Shown: in pieces, positions 7,114-13,232 of the stretch
Numbering within the stretch: the stretch's first letter is position 1
Layout: each line of letters begins with the position of its first letter
Virus genome (UHGV): UHGV-0258858
Strand: one strand, 5' to 3'
Origin: a virus
Length of the DNA: 13,232 nt
Notes under the pieces: model-generated
Database searches by the model: none
Told to the model about the DNA's origin: nothing
What the model saw: only the letters and a program-made list of their open reading frames with translations
Translations under genes and position numbers: made by a program

Positions 7114-8695
7114 GTGGTGTTGTCTCCTCTTCCGGCCTGCGACTCTCCGCTATCTGCTGCTGATACGCCTGCACTATCCACACCGGACGTGAGAGTCCGG
7201 CTTTTTCCCGCTCTGCAGATTCCCTGACCTGCTGGCGGAAAATGTCCTGATAATCCTCGCCCATCAGCGCCAGCTCTTTCTCATACGTGCTCAGTCCGGC
7301 CTCAATGCGCATCACTGATTCCTGAACCTCCTTGAGCCCGTCAATGGCCATTCTTCCGGCTCCAATCCACTCAGCCCGTGACCAGGCTGATCGCGCCTGA
7401 TAAAAATCAAAACGTGCCCGTGGCGGACGAATAATCCCCCGAAGAAGTGCCTCTTCCAGCCAGCAGGAAAACATCTGCGTGGCCAGCCGGGACGCAATAA
7501 ATTTTCGCCGCCCCATAAAATAGCGCCACGACTCATTGGCGGATGCGCGGGCACTTGAATAACTGACCTTCGAGTAATCACGGGACAACTGTTCGTAGGA
7601 AACGCCAAGACCGGCGGCGATATACCGCAGCAGCGCCTGTTCAAGCGCCGAAAATCCATTGTCTGAATCCTGCGCGGTCTGAAGTTTCAGATCATCACCG
7701 GGGAAAAGGTGCGGAATTTTGACACCGCCCAGCGTCACGCTATTCGTGTCATACCAGGTGGAGAACTTATCCAGAATATTAATAAGCGGATTATCCTTCT
7801 GCCCCTGCGGCGCACCGGCGATATATTCAAAGGCCTTTTCGGTATCAAGGTCACTTTCAATCGTCGCTGCATACATCGCCTTCACTATGGCCGACTGAAG
7901 CTGTGTTGCCTGCAGGGAATCCAGCATCTTCAGCCGTTCCATAACGCTGTAAAACTGATTGGCTCCACGGGTCTGCCCGTCCTCCACCGGCTCGAAAATA
8001 TGCAGCATGGCCGGACGCCCGGTGGGAAGTTCACGCGGGATCCGTTCCCATCGTCCACTCCCGGAGCGAGGAAAATCATCCTCACAGATATGGTACGCAA
8101 CGGCACGGCCATATCGATCAACCTCCACACCGGCCCGCAGAAAACGGTTCCCGATACCGTGTCCTGGCGTGTCCACCCGTTTCGGACTCACGGCTTTAAA
8201 ACGCGTACGAAACAGTTGCGTGCTCTCCGTATCCCAGACCGGCTGCACAAAGATTTCGCCGTTAAACGCATGAACGCCCACACCTTCACGGATAAATTCC
8301 GTAAACGTGCGTTTCCCTTCCACGTCGATCTCACCAAACATCCCTTCTGCGTATTCTGACCAGGCCGCCTCCACCTCATCGACAAAACTTTTTGCCGCGG
8401 TCTCCCGCATCCCCAGCCAGCGCCAGTTCGGACGGTAGCTAATCAGAAACATATGCCCGACAATGTGATCCTTATGCAGGGCCACCGCATTGGCCGCTAT
8501 TCCGTTATTGCGCACCAGATCATCTGCACGGGCATTCCCCAGACGCAACGCGGGCAGCAGGGCCGCATCGGCACTCTGCGAGGGTGGCAACCACTCTGCC
8601 ATTTGCCCGCCAAATCCTGCGCCGCCCCCGTTGTAGCTTAGGCTCTCCCGAAGCGGAACGCCGTTCACATCAATCAGGACAGGCGTTCGTTTCAT
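7103..8695 (-). CDS. B: Portal protein (lambda gpB-like), 530 aa
   Basis: MKRTPVLI...FEPVEDGQTRGANQFYSVMERLKMLDSLQATQLQSAIVKAMYAATIESDLD...SYEQLSRDYSKVSYSSARASANESW...RMAIDGLKEVQESVMRIEAGLSTYEKE is collinear with lambda gpB (533 aa). Confidence 0.95.
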   Translation of the reverse strand: MKRTPVLIDVNGVPLRESLSYNGGGAGFGGQMAEWLPPSQSADAALLPALRLGNARADDLVRNNGIAANAVALHKDHIVGHMFLISYRPNWRWLGMRETAAKSFVDEVEAAWSEYAEGMFGEIDVEGKRTFTEFIREGVGVHAFNGEIFVQPVWDTESTQLFRTRFKAVSPKRVDTPGHGIGNRFLRAGVEVDRYGRAVAYHICEDDFPRSGSGRWERIPRELPTGRPAMLHIFEPVEDGQTRGANQFYSVMERLKMLDSLQATQLQSAIVKAMYAATIESDLDTEKAFEYIAGAPQGQKDNPLINILDKFSTWYDTNSVTLGGVKIPHLFPGDDLKLQTAQDSDNGFSALEQALLRYIAAGLGVSYEQLSRDYSKVSYSSARASANESWRYFMGRRKFIASRLATQMFSCWLEEALLRGIIRPPRARFDFYQARSAWSRAEWIGAGRMAIDGLKEVQESVMRIEAGLSTYEKELALMGEDYQDIFRQQVRESAEREKAGLSRPVWIVQAYQQQIAESRRPEEETTPRET

Positions 8696-8896
8696 AACCT
8701 CACTCCCAGCGGACGACGGCGACGGCGGGTTGTCCCCAGTACCGACTCCGCATCATTGAGCCCGGTTAAGCTCATCCAGAGAAGCTGCCGTATATTCAAT
8801 TCTGCGACCATCTTTCTGGACAGACACCACCCGTTTACCGGTTAATAAATCAAGGCGCGCCTGACGCAGCGCCTGCAGTTCAGCGACTGTAACCAT
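8692..8896 (-). pseudogene. W: Head-tail joining protein W (lambda gpW-like) split across two reading frames by an apparent frameshift
   Basis: Frame a: ATG at 8896 (GGAGGAG ribosome-binding site) gives [47 protein letters not shown], then a stop at 8753-8755; this matches lambda gpW residues about 4-50. Frame b (+1): ...[21 protein letters not shown] ends in a TGA that overlaps the portal ATG (ATGA) and matches the lambda gpW C-terminus (...[21 protein letters not shown]). One gene, two frames. Confidence 0.6.
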
Positions 8897-10808
8897 TCAC
8901 TCCTCCGGACAGCTTCGCTGCCAGTTCTTTAAGGGTTGGCCGGGTCGTCTCTTCTTCCCGGGATTTTGCCAGTACAGCCAGATCAAGCTGCCAGCGTTGC
9001 ACGGACACACGTAATGCCGCGTAGGCATACACCAGGCAGTCCAGCGCTTCGTTACGCCGCTTTTTGTTATCCCACAGCAGACGCATCTTTCCTTTTTCCC
9101 ACTTCTCCACAAGCTCTTCCGCCACCAGTTGCTGCGCCTCTGTCTGCGAAAAAATCTCCGGATCATCAGGAAAACGGATGGCATACGACGTGGCTTCATC
9201 CGCAGGCGTGGGATCGGCTTTCATACGGGCATAGAGAATTTCTTTTGCGGTGTCCGTCCCCACTTCGCACAGATACACGCCCCGCTGATTGCGGGTTTTT
9301 GGCATGGTGATCACCGGCTTGCCATAAACAGATGCACCTTTTACCGGCAGCCCCCGGAAAACACCGTGTTTTTTTGACCTCTGATAGACAATTTCGCCAT
9401 CGATCCCCCCGGTGTCCCAGCAGACACGGGAAATGGTCATTTCGGTTCCGTCTGCATGGCGGTATTTTTTGTTGATCGCCACATCCACACGTAACAGCGT
9501 CTCTTCCTCATCGGGACGCCCCATAATGATGATTTTATCCACCAGAAAGGCTTCCTCTCCCGGAGCCCATCCCCAGACATACATCTCAAAACGGTTTCGC
9601 TGCGAGTCAATGCCCGCCGTCAGATAAACCACCCGGGCAGGCACCGCCGCCGTGTAACGCACAACCTTATCCATCAGTACCTGGTGATCGAGTTTTTCGC
9701 CCACGGCCTCTTCCCAGGTCTCGCCCAGCGTGGTGTTCACAAAGGTTTTCAGGCCGTTGGGATCTTTCAGTGCATCCAGCCAGTCATAGACAATCTGTAC
9801 CCAGGTGGTGAACGGACTGTACGCCGTCCAGATATGGAATGTGATGGAGCGCGGCGGCGGAATTTCATTACCCGCAGCGCTGAAAAACGTCAGGCCGTCA
9901 CGGGTCCACATGCCCGTGTTTTCACAGATCCACCGCCCGTTGCTCTGGTCAAGATCAGACTGATGGATCACGCAGCCATGATGTTCACAGAGGTAGAAAA
10001 CACTTTCTGGACTGTCCTTCTCCCATTTAAGGCCAAAAGGCGTGGACTCATCGCCAAATTTCAGATACTGCGCCTCCCCACAGTGTGGGCAGGGCACATA
10101 AAAACGCATGAAATGCGCCGACTCGTTGGCCGCTTTTTCGATCTGGCAGGAGCCTTTTATTTTAGGCGTCGAGCCGCGAATGGATTTTGGCCATACCGAG
10201 CCCTCAATACGCTTATCCCCCAGCAGGGTTGGCGAGCCCTCTTTTTCGACATCCGGCTCGAACGAGGAAAGTTCGTCATAGCAGACCACGTCCACGGATT
10301 TTTCACGGTAGTTTTTTGCTGCCGCACCACCCAGGCACCAGAAGCCCACCCCCGATGAAAAGCGTTTCAGCGTGAGAGTATTGTCACGATGTTTACGACC
10401 CAGCCACGGGGAAAGATCTTTCAGGCATGGCACGTCCCGAATCGTCGCCTCCACGTGAGACTTCATAAAATCTTCAGCGGCAGAATCCGTGGGCTGAAAA
10501 AGCAGACTGTTTCGGGATTTATGCTCAATAAAATACCCGGCGACTCCCAGCAACATCTTTGTATAGCCAACACGGGCAGATTTAATCAGATTAACAGTGC
10601 GGATCTGATCATTCCCCATACTGTTCATGATGGCGATCTGGAACGGCAGCGTTTTCCATTCGCCGTCACCGTATGAGGATTCTTTCGGCAGATAATAATA
10701 CTGGTCAGCCCATTCAACTGCCGTCATCGGTACAACCCTGACCAGAGGCTGCAGCGCAACCGAAACGGCGGCCACCATATTATTCAGTTGTTGCTCTGAT
10801 ATATTCAT
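8880..10808 (-). CDS. A: Terminase large subunit (lambda gpA-like), 642 aa
   Basis: [10 protein letters not shown]...[37 protein letters not shown]...[32 protein letters not shown]...[26 protein letters not shown]...CPHCGE.QYLKFGD...[18 protein letters not shown]...[11 protein letters not shown]...KRRNEALDC is collinear with lambda gpA (641 aa). Start chosen by alignment; the 19-codon upstream extension in the tracked ORF overlaps Nu1 and is rejected. Start overlaps the Nu1 3' end by 29 nt, as in lambda. Confidence 0.95.
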   Translation of the reverse strand: MNISEQQLNNMVAAVSVALQPLVRVVPMTAVEWADQYYYLPKESSYGDGEWKTLPFQIAIMNSMGNDQIRTVNLIKSARVGYTKMLLGVAGYFIEHKSRNSLLFQPTDSAAEDFMKSHVEATIRDVPCLKDLSPWLGRKHRDNTLTLKRFSSGVGFWCLGGAAAKNYREKSVDVVCYDELSSFEPDVEKEGSPTLLGDKRIEGSVWPKSIRGSTPKIKGSCQIEKAANESAHFMRFYVPCPHCGEAQYLKFGDESTPFGLKWEKDSPESVFYLCEHHGCVIHQSDLDQSNGRWICENTGMWTRDGLTFFSAAGNEIPPPRSITFHIWTAYSPFTTWVQIVYDWLDALKDPNGLKTFVNTTLGETWEEAVGEKLDHQVLMDKVVRYTAAVPARVVYLTAGIDSQRNRFEMYVWGWAPGEEAFLVDKIIIMGRPDEEETLLRVDVAINKKYRHADGTEMTISRVCWDTGGIDGEIVYQRSKKHGVFRGLPVKGASVYGKPVITMPKTRNQRGVYLCEVGTDTAKEILYARMKADPTPADEATSYAIRFPDDPEIFSQTEAQQLVAEELVEKWEKGKMRLLWDNKKRRNEALDCLVYAYAALRVSVQRWQLDLAVLAKSREEETTRPTLKELAAKLSGGVNGYSR

Positions 10809-11286
10809 CGAGTAAATCCGGTAATTTATCCCCCGCCCGCGCACACTGATTTGCCCCCTTCGCAATAAGGGTTTTCAGATGGTCAAGATGGCGCGGTGTT
10901 AAATCAGGAAACTGTCGCTGCATGGATAACGGAATGGAATCAAGCGTACTGGACAATGCCATCGCCAGTTTGCTGAGGGCGAAAACGCAGAAGTCTGAAT
11001 CGATGAGCTTACCTTCGGTTACCTGATTTTTAAGTTTTTGAGCTACAGCCTGTTCTTCTGTCAGTTCAGCTCTGGCCCGAAGCAGCCTTTCCTCCAGTTC
11101 TCCCCCGTCATCAGGTGTTCTCTGATTGTGTTGTCGCCGCTCGCGATCTATCTCCAGTACAGTTTTAACGTCATATAAAACTTCCCTCCCCCGACGTTCA
11201 ACAGGAGGAACGCCCCATTTATCAAATGCCTGAACAGAGATACCGATGGAGGAGGCCATATCACTTTTATTCAATAAAAAGGCCAT
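10780..11286 (-). CDS. Nu1: Terminase small subunit (lambda gpNu1-like), 168 aa
   Basis: ATG at 11286 immediately preceded by GGAGAGGAG. MAFLLNKSDMASSIGISVQAFDKWGVPPVERRGREVLYD... aligns with the lambda Nu1 N-terminal DNA-binding region (MEVNKKQLADIFGASIRTIQNWQEQGMPV...GNEVLYD); C-terminus ...RQFPDLTPRHLDHLKTLIAKGANQ resembles lambda ...RRFPELENRHVDFLKRDIIKAMNK. The 35-codon upstream extension in the tracked ORF is rejected. Confidence 0.85.
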   Translation of the reverse strand: MAFLLNKSDMASSIGISVQAFDKWGVPPVERRGREVLYDVKTVLEIDRERRQHNQRTPDDGGELEERLLRARAELTEEQAVAQKLKNQVTEGKLIDSDFCVFALSKLAMALSSTLDSIPLSMQRQFPDLTPRHLDHLKTLIAKGANQCARAGDKLPDLLDEYIRATTE

Positions 11287-11502
11287 CTCCTCTCCATAAG
11301 TCATCGATAAAAAGCGAAACAACAACCATGTGTTTTTGCAAAACCATTTGATATCATTGATATTTTTCGCATTGACGACATCAAAACACATCGTAAGGTT
11401 GTTGTATTTATTTTATTTTCACCTTACTTATCAATTAGATATACAAAACAATTAAACAACAACCACCCCCTCAAAAAATCTCATAAATAGTGAAAACGCG
11501 CG
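11287..11502 (-). promoter_or_regulatory. cosB-like terminase-binding region between cosN and the Nu1 start: three copies of a GGTTGTTGT element in direct/inverted/direct arrangement around an AT-rich segment
   Basis: Minus-strand GGTTGTTGTTT at about 11455-11465 and 11317-11327; inverted copy (plus-strand GGTTGTTGTATTT) at 11398-11410. The AT-rich stretch 11410-11455 lies between them. The arrangement parallels lambda R3 / IHF site / R2 / R1, but the repeat sequence is not the lambda one. Confidence 0.6.
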
Positions 11503-11514
11503 AGGTCGCCGCCC
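11503..11514 (-). other. cosN cohesive-end site, exact match to the lambda 12-nt cohesive end GGGCGGCGACCT
   Basis: Minus strand reads ...CCGTTACGGGGCGGCGACCTCGCGCGTTTTCACTATTTATGAGATTTTTT..., matching lambda cosN and its flank (GGGCGGCGACCTCGCGGGTTTTCGCTATTTATGAAAATTTT) with only a few substitutions. Orientation is correct relative to Nu1. Confidence 0.85.
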
Positions 11515-11881
11515 CGTAACGGCCCGGATCGCCGGAAAGGACCCGAGAAAATGATAATGGTTATCAGTTGCAACAAAATCCAGTTTCTTCCACCATCGCA
11601 CCGGACGAGCGACCATGAGGGGACAACGCCACGCTCCGTTAACGCGGTAAACTCCGGTGTTTATCGTTTTTGATTATCCCCGCACACTCGCGCAGAGGAG
11701 TCTCCCGGTAGGGCTGCGGTCTCTGTTCATGTGGGAATACGGCGACGATACTGCGCAAAGACATGCTTCAGAAATACATAAGTAAACTAAAATATTGTAT
11801 CTCTGTGGCTAATTACGTAAATTGGTGGCTTGGCCCCTTTAGCCACCGGCAAATCTTCAGCGGATTATCCTTGGCCGGTTT

Positions 11882-12340
11882 TTATCTGAGGCATTGCTCA
11901 CGAATGTATAGCTGTGCCCCTTCCAGCTGCTTCTGCATTGTCATCAACCGTTCTCTGAGGATGAAATAATCCCGTTCAGCGGCGTCTGCCAGTCTGGGGC
12001 CGGTTGCATTATCCACGCCGGAGGTGGTGGGGGCTTCACGCACGGAGCCTGGACAGGTGGCGTTGATCCGCAGGCGCTTACGACCAGCGGCAACGTCAGC
12101 GCGAAGAGTTTCATTTTCAGCTCTCGCATCGGCTAATTCCCTCGAGTATTTTGCATCGAGCGCAGCAACATCGCGCTGGCGCACCTGCATATCAGTAATG
12201 GTTGCGTTCGCCAGCTTCAGTTCACTGGCTTTGTTATCGCGCTGCGCTTTGTAGGTAATCGCGTTATCACGGTAATGGTCTGTTGCCATCCACAGCGCTC
12301 CACAGGCCACCAGCAGAATAACGATAAACGCGGAAAGCAT
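11882..12340 (-). CDS. Rz: Inner-membrane spanin (lambda Rz-like), 152 aa from ATG 12340; alternative GTG start at 12355 overlaps the upstream stop
   Basis: [90 protein letters not shown]...[43 protein letters not shown] is near-collinear with lambda Rz (153 aa): N-terminal transmembrane segment then coiled coil. Confidence 0.92.
   Translation of the reverse strand: MLSAFIVILLVACGALWMATDHYRDNAITYKAQRDNKASELKLANATITDMQVRQRDVAALDAKYSRELADARAENETLRADVAAGRKRLRINATCPGSVREAPTTSGVDNATGPRLADAAERDYFILRERLMTMQKQLEGAQLYIREQCLR
11944..12129 (-). CDS. Rz1: Outer-membrane lipoprotein spanin (lambda Rz1-like), 61 aa, embedded in the +1 frame of Rz
   Basis: [61 protein letters not shown]: signal peptide with lipobox (VSAC), penta-proline stretch, and near-identity to lambda Rz1 (...[32 protein letters not shown]). 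Lies entirely within Rz. Confidence 0.85.
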   Translation of the reverse strand: MRELKMKLFALTLPLVVSACGSTPPVQAPCVKPPPPPAWIMQPAPDWQTPLNGIISSSENG

Positions 12341-12351
12341 TCGGTTTATGT

Positions 12352-12483
12352 TCACCCCAGCAGCCCCGACGAAGACAACATCATCCAGGCCATGGAAAGA
12401 AAAAGAGCAACCAGCATTAGTGAAAATGAAATGCCGACAATTACACAGAGGATCTTCGCCAGCGTTATGAGTTTGTCTGACAT
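12352..12483 (-). CDS. Small hypothetical membrane protein, 43 aa ([43 protein letters not shown]), between the endolysin and Rz
   Basis: ATG at 12483 preceded by a strong ribosome-binding site (AAGGGAGGA, 7-nt spacing). Single predicted transmembrane helix. Stop TGA overlaps the GTG at 12355 of the Rz frame. No family recognised. Confidence 0.55.
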   Translation of the reverse strand: MSDKLITLAKILCVIVGISFSLMLVALFLSMAWMMLSSSGLLG

Positions 12484-12497
12484 GCTTAATCCTCCCT

Positions 12498-12680
12498 TCA
12501 CGATTTCAACGCAATGACCAGTTTTGCCAGCCCATACAGCATCGGGGACACAGCAACACCGACCGCCACCCACTTAATGGCAAAAGCCAGTGCTCTGCTG
12601 ATGTCATCAGTTACAGGCGCTTTCAGTTCAAGGCCGTTTTTCATAGTCAACCTCAACAGAATTCGTTTATACTTTTCCAT
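12498..12680 (-). CDS. Small hypothetical protein with C-terminal transmembrane anchor, 60 aa from ATG 12680 (71 aa if started at GTG 12713)
   Basis: [60 protein letters not shown]: basic N-terminus and hydrophobic C-terminal segment. AGGGAGA precedes the ATG at a short (3-4 nt) spacing. Stop TGA sits inside the ribosome-binding site of the next small ORF. The GTG alternative lies inside the terminator hairpin. No family recognised. Confidence 0.45.
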   Translation of the reverse strand: MEKYKRILLRLTMKNGLELKAPVTDDISRALAFAIKWVAVGVAVSPMLYGLAKLVIALKS

Positions 12681-12707
12681 GTTCTCCCTTGCCTTATCCA
12701 AGGTCAG

Positions 12708-12747
12708 AAACACAAAACCCCGCTTGCAGCCAACAAACGGGGTTTTT
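12708..12747 (-). terminator. Intrinsic terminator hairpin between the endolysin stop and the small ORFs; U-tracts on both sides, better stem on the minus-strand transcript
   Basis: Plus strand CCCCGCTTG-CAGCCAA-CAAACGGGG (12718-12742) followed by TTTTTACTTTTATT. On the minus-strand RNA the single C/A mismatch becomes a G-U pair, giving a 9-bp stem with a 7-nt loop followed by UUUUGUGUUU. Confidence 0.65.
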
Positions 12748-12836
12748 ACTTTTATTCACTTAGTTTTTGTCAGTTCGCAGGATTTCGTGTTATCCGTCCG
12801 TGTGAGCAAACCGCATTTTTCAGCAAAATATTCTGC

Positions 12837-13232
12837 TTATCTGTCAATTCCCCAGCACGCCAGCGCGCTCTCCTGGTCACGCCGCGATACCTGCCCGTAA
12901 CAGTTATTTGAGCGATTCCGACAGTCCCTGCCGCCGTCATATATCCATCGGCGGATTTCAGCACATGCACCTTTCCGGTCTCCGGCGTTCAGTTTCCGGT
13001 AAAACGTTGAGGTGAAGCATTTCGAAGGCCCGATGTTGTACGGACAGAATGACGCGATGCCCGCTTTCTGCGGTTCAGTCAGTGGCAATTTGATGTTTTT
13101 CTCCACCCATGCCAGCGCCTTATCACGTTCAATGGCATTAACCTGAGCGCATTTTTCCTTCGACAACTTCATGCCCGGGACGACAGGTTTGCCATCCACC
13201 ATGATGGCACCACGGCAGATGGTCCAGATACC
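12837..13232 (-). CDS. R: Endolysin, T4/phage-21-type lysozyme (glycoside hydrolase family 24), C-terminal 131 codons; 5' end lies beyond the window end
   Basis: Frame open from the window edge: GIWTICRGAIMVDGKPVVPGMKLSKEKCAQVNAIERDKALAWVEKNIKLPLTEPQKAGIASFCPYNIGPSKCFTSTFYRKLNAGDRKGACAEIRRWIYDGGRDC...ALACWGIDR resembles phage 21 R / T4 lysozyme-type endolysins (GVWTVCHG...GACDQLRRWTYAGG). TAA stop at 12837-12839. Confidence 0.9.
   Translation of the reverse strand, partial: GIWTICRGAIMVDGKPVVPGMKLSKEKCAQVNAIERDKALAWVEKNIKLPLTEPQKAGIASFCPYNIGPSKCFTSTFYRKLNAGDRKGACAEIRRWIYDGGRDCRNRSNNCYGQVSRRDQESALACWGIDR

Noticed and set aside
7709-8359. Plus-strand 216-aa ORF antisense to the portal gene
   Set aside because: The portal frame on the minus strand is collinear with lambda gpB along its whole length; the plus-strand ORF has no start context or recognisable motifs.
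9684-10358. Plus-strand 224-aa ORF antisense to the terminase large subunit
   Set aside because: Same reasoning: the minus-strand frame carries all the terminase homology; the plus-strand product has no recognisable features.
10809-10865. 19-codon N-terminal extension of the terminase large-subunit ORF (MRRGQISVRGRGINYRIYS)
   Set aside because: Homology to lambda gpA begins exactly at the internal MNIS... methionine; the extension lies inside the Nu1 coding region in another frame.
11287-11391. 35-codon N-terminal extension of the Nu1 ORF (MCFDVVNAKNINDIKWFCKN...)
   Set aside because: Alignment with lambda Nu1 starts at the internal ATG at 11286, which has a GGAGAGGAG ribosome-binding site; the extension runs through the cosB repeat region.
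11551-11673. Possible 40-codon plus-strand ORF (MIMVISCNKIQFLPPSHRTS...) in the Rz-cos spacer
   Set aside because: It has only a weak AAGGA about 10 nt upstream and no recognisable product, and it sits where cosQ/packaging sequences are expected. Not enough evidence to call a gene.
11800-11881. Hairpin GGTGGCT-N10-AGCCACC just downstream of the Rz stop as a possible terminator
   Set aside because: The stem is only 7 bp with a large loop and is followed by AATTTACG rather than a clean U-tract; too weak to call.
11763-11969. Plus-strand 68-aa ORF overlapping the Rz 3' end; also looked for a bor-like lipoprotein gene between Rz and cos
   Set aside because: The ORF is antisense to the Rz/Rz1 C-termini with no ribosome-binding site. 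No ORF in 11515..11881 on either strand resembles a Bor-type lipoprotein (no signal peptide with lipobox), so bor appears absent rather than missed.
12748-12836. Searched for a sigma-70 promoter between the endolysin stop and the terminator that could drive the small ORFs independently
   Set aside because: Only poor -35/-10 matches (for example CTGACA with no acceptable -10 at 16-18 bp), and any such promoter would fire straight into the terminator. No promoter is claimed.
12275-12900. Plus-strand ORFs 12275..12517 (80 aa) and 12514..12900 (128 aa) as alternatives to the minus-strand small ORFs
   Set aside because: The 128-aa frame runs straight through the terminator hairpin and into the antisense of the endolysin gene, and neither has a ribosome-binding site. 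The minus-strand small ORFs have good ribosome-binding sites, tight stop/start packing with Rz, and clear transmembrane segments.
1-13232. Scan for CRISPR repeats, tRNA/rRNA genes, transposase or insertion-sequence ends, and integrase or att sites
   Set aside because: No regularly spaced direct repeats, no tRNA-like cloverleaf candidates and no terminal inverted repeats were seen. The window is filled end to end by the collinear late-gene module, so prophage boundaries must lie outside it.

Overview
This window is the late-gene region of a lambda-like (lambdoid) prophage, with every supported gene on the minus strand. Reading in the direction of transcription (high to low coordinates): 3' part of a phage-21/T4-type endolysin, an intrinsic terminator, two small unrecognised membrane-protein genes, Rz with embedded Rz1 spanins, a cos site (exact lambda cosN 12-mer plus cosB-like repeats), terminase small and large subunits, gpW, portal, gpC protease/scaffold, gpD, major capsid gpE, FI, FII, gpZ, gpU/gpV, gpG and G-T with a canonical -1 slippery site, and the start of the tape-measure gene. 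Homology calls rest on my own translation compared with lambda proteins recalled from memory; no database search was run. The most notable observations are the two small membrane-protein genes between endolysin and Rz, and three apparent lesions in otherwise lambda-like genes (W frameshift, in-frame stop in FI, in-frame U-V fusion), which suggest a defective prophage or need read-level verification. No rRNA, tRNA, CRISPR array, transposase or plus-strand gene is supported.
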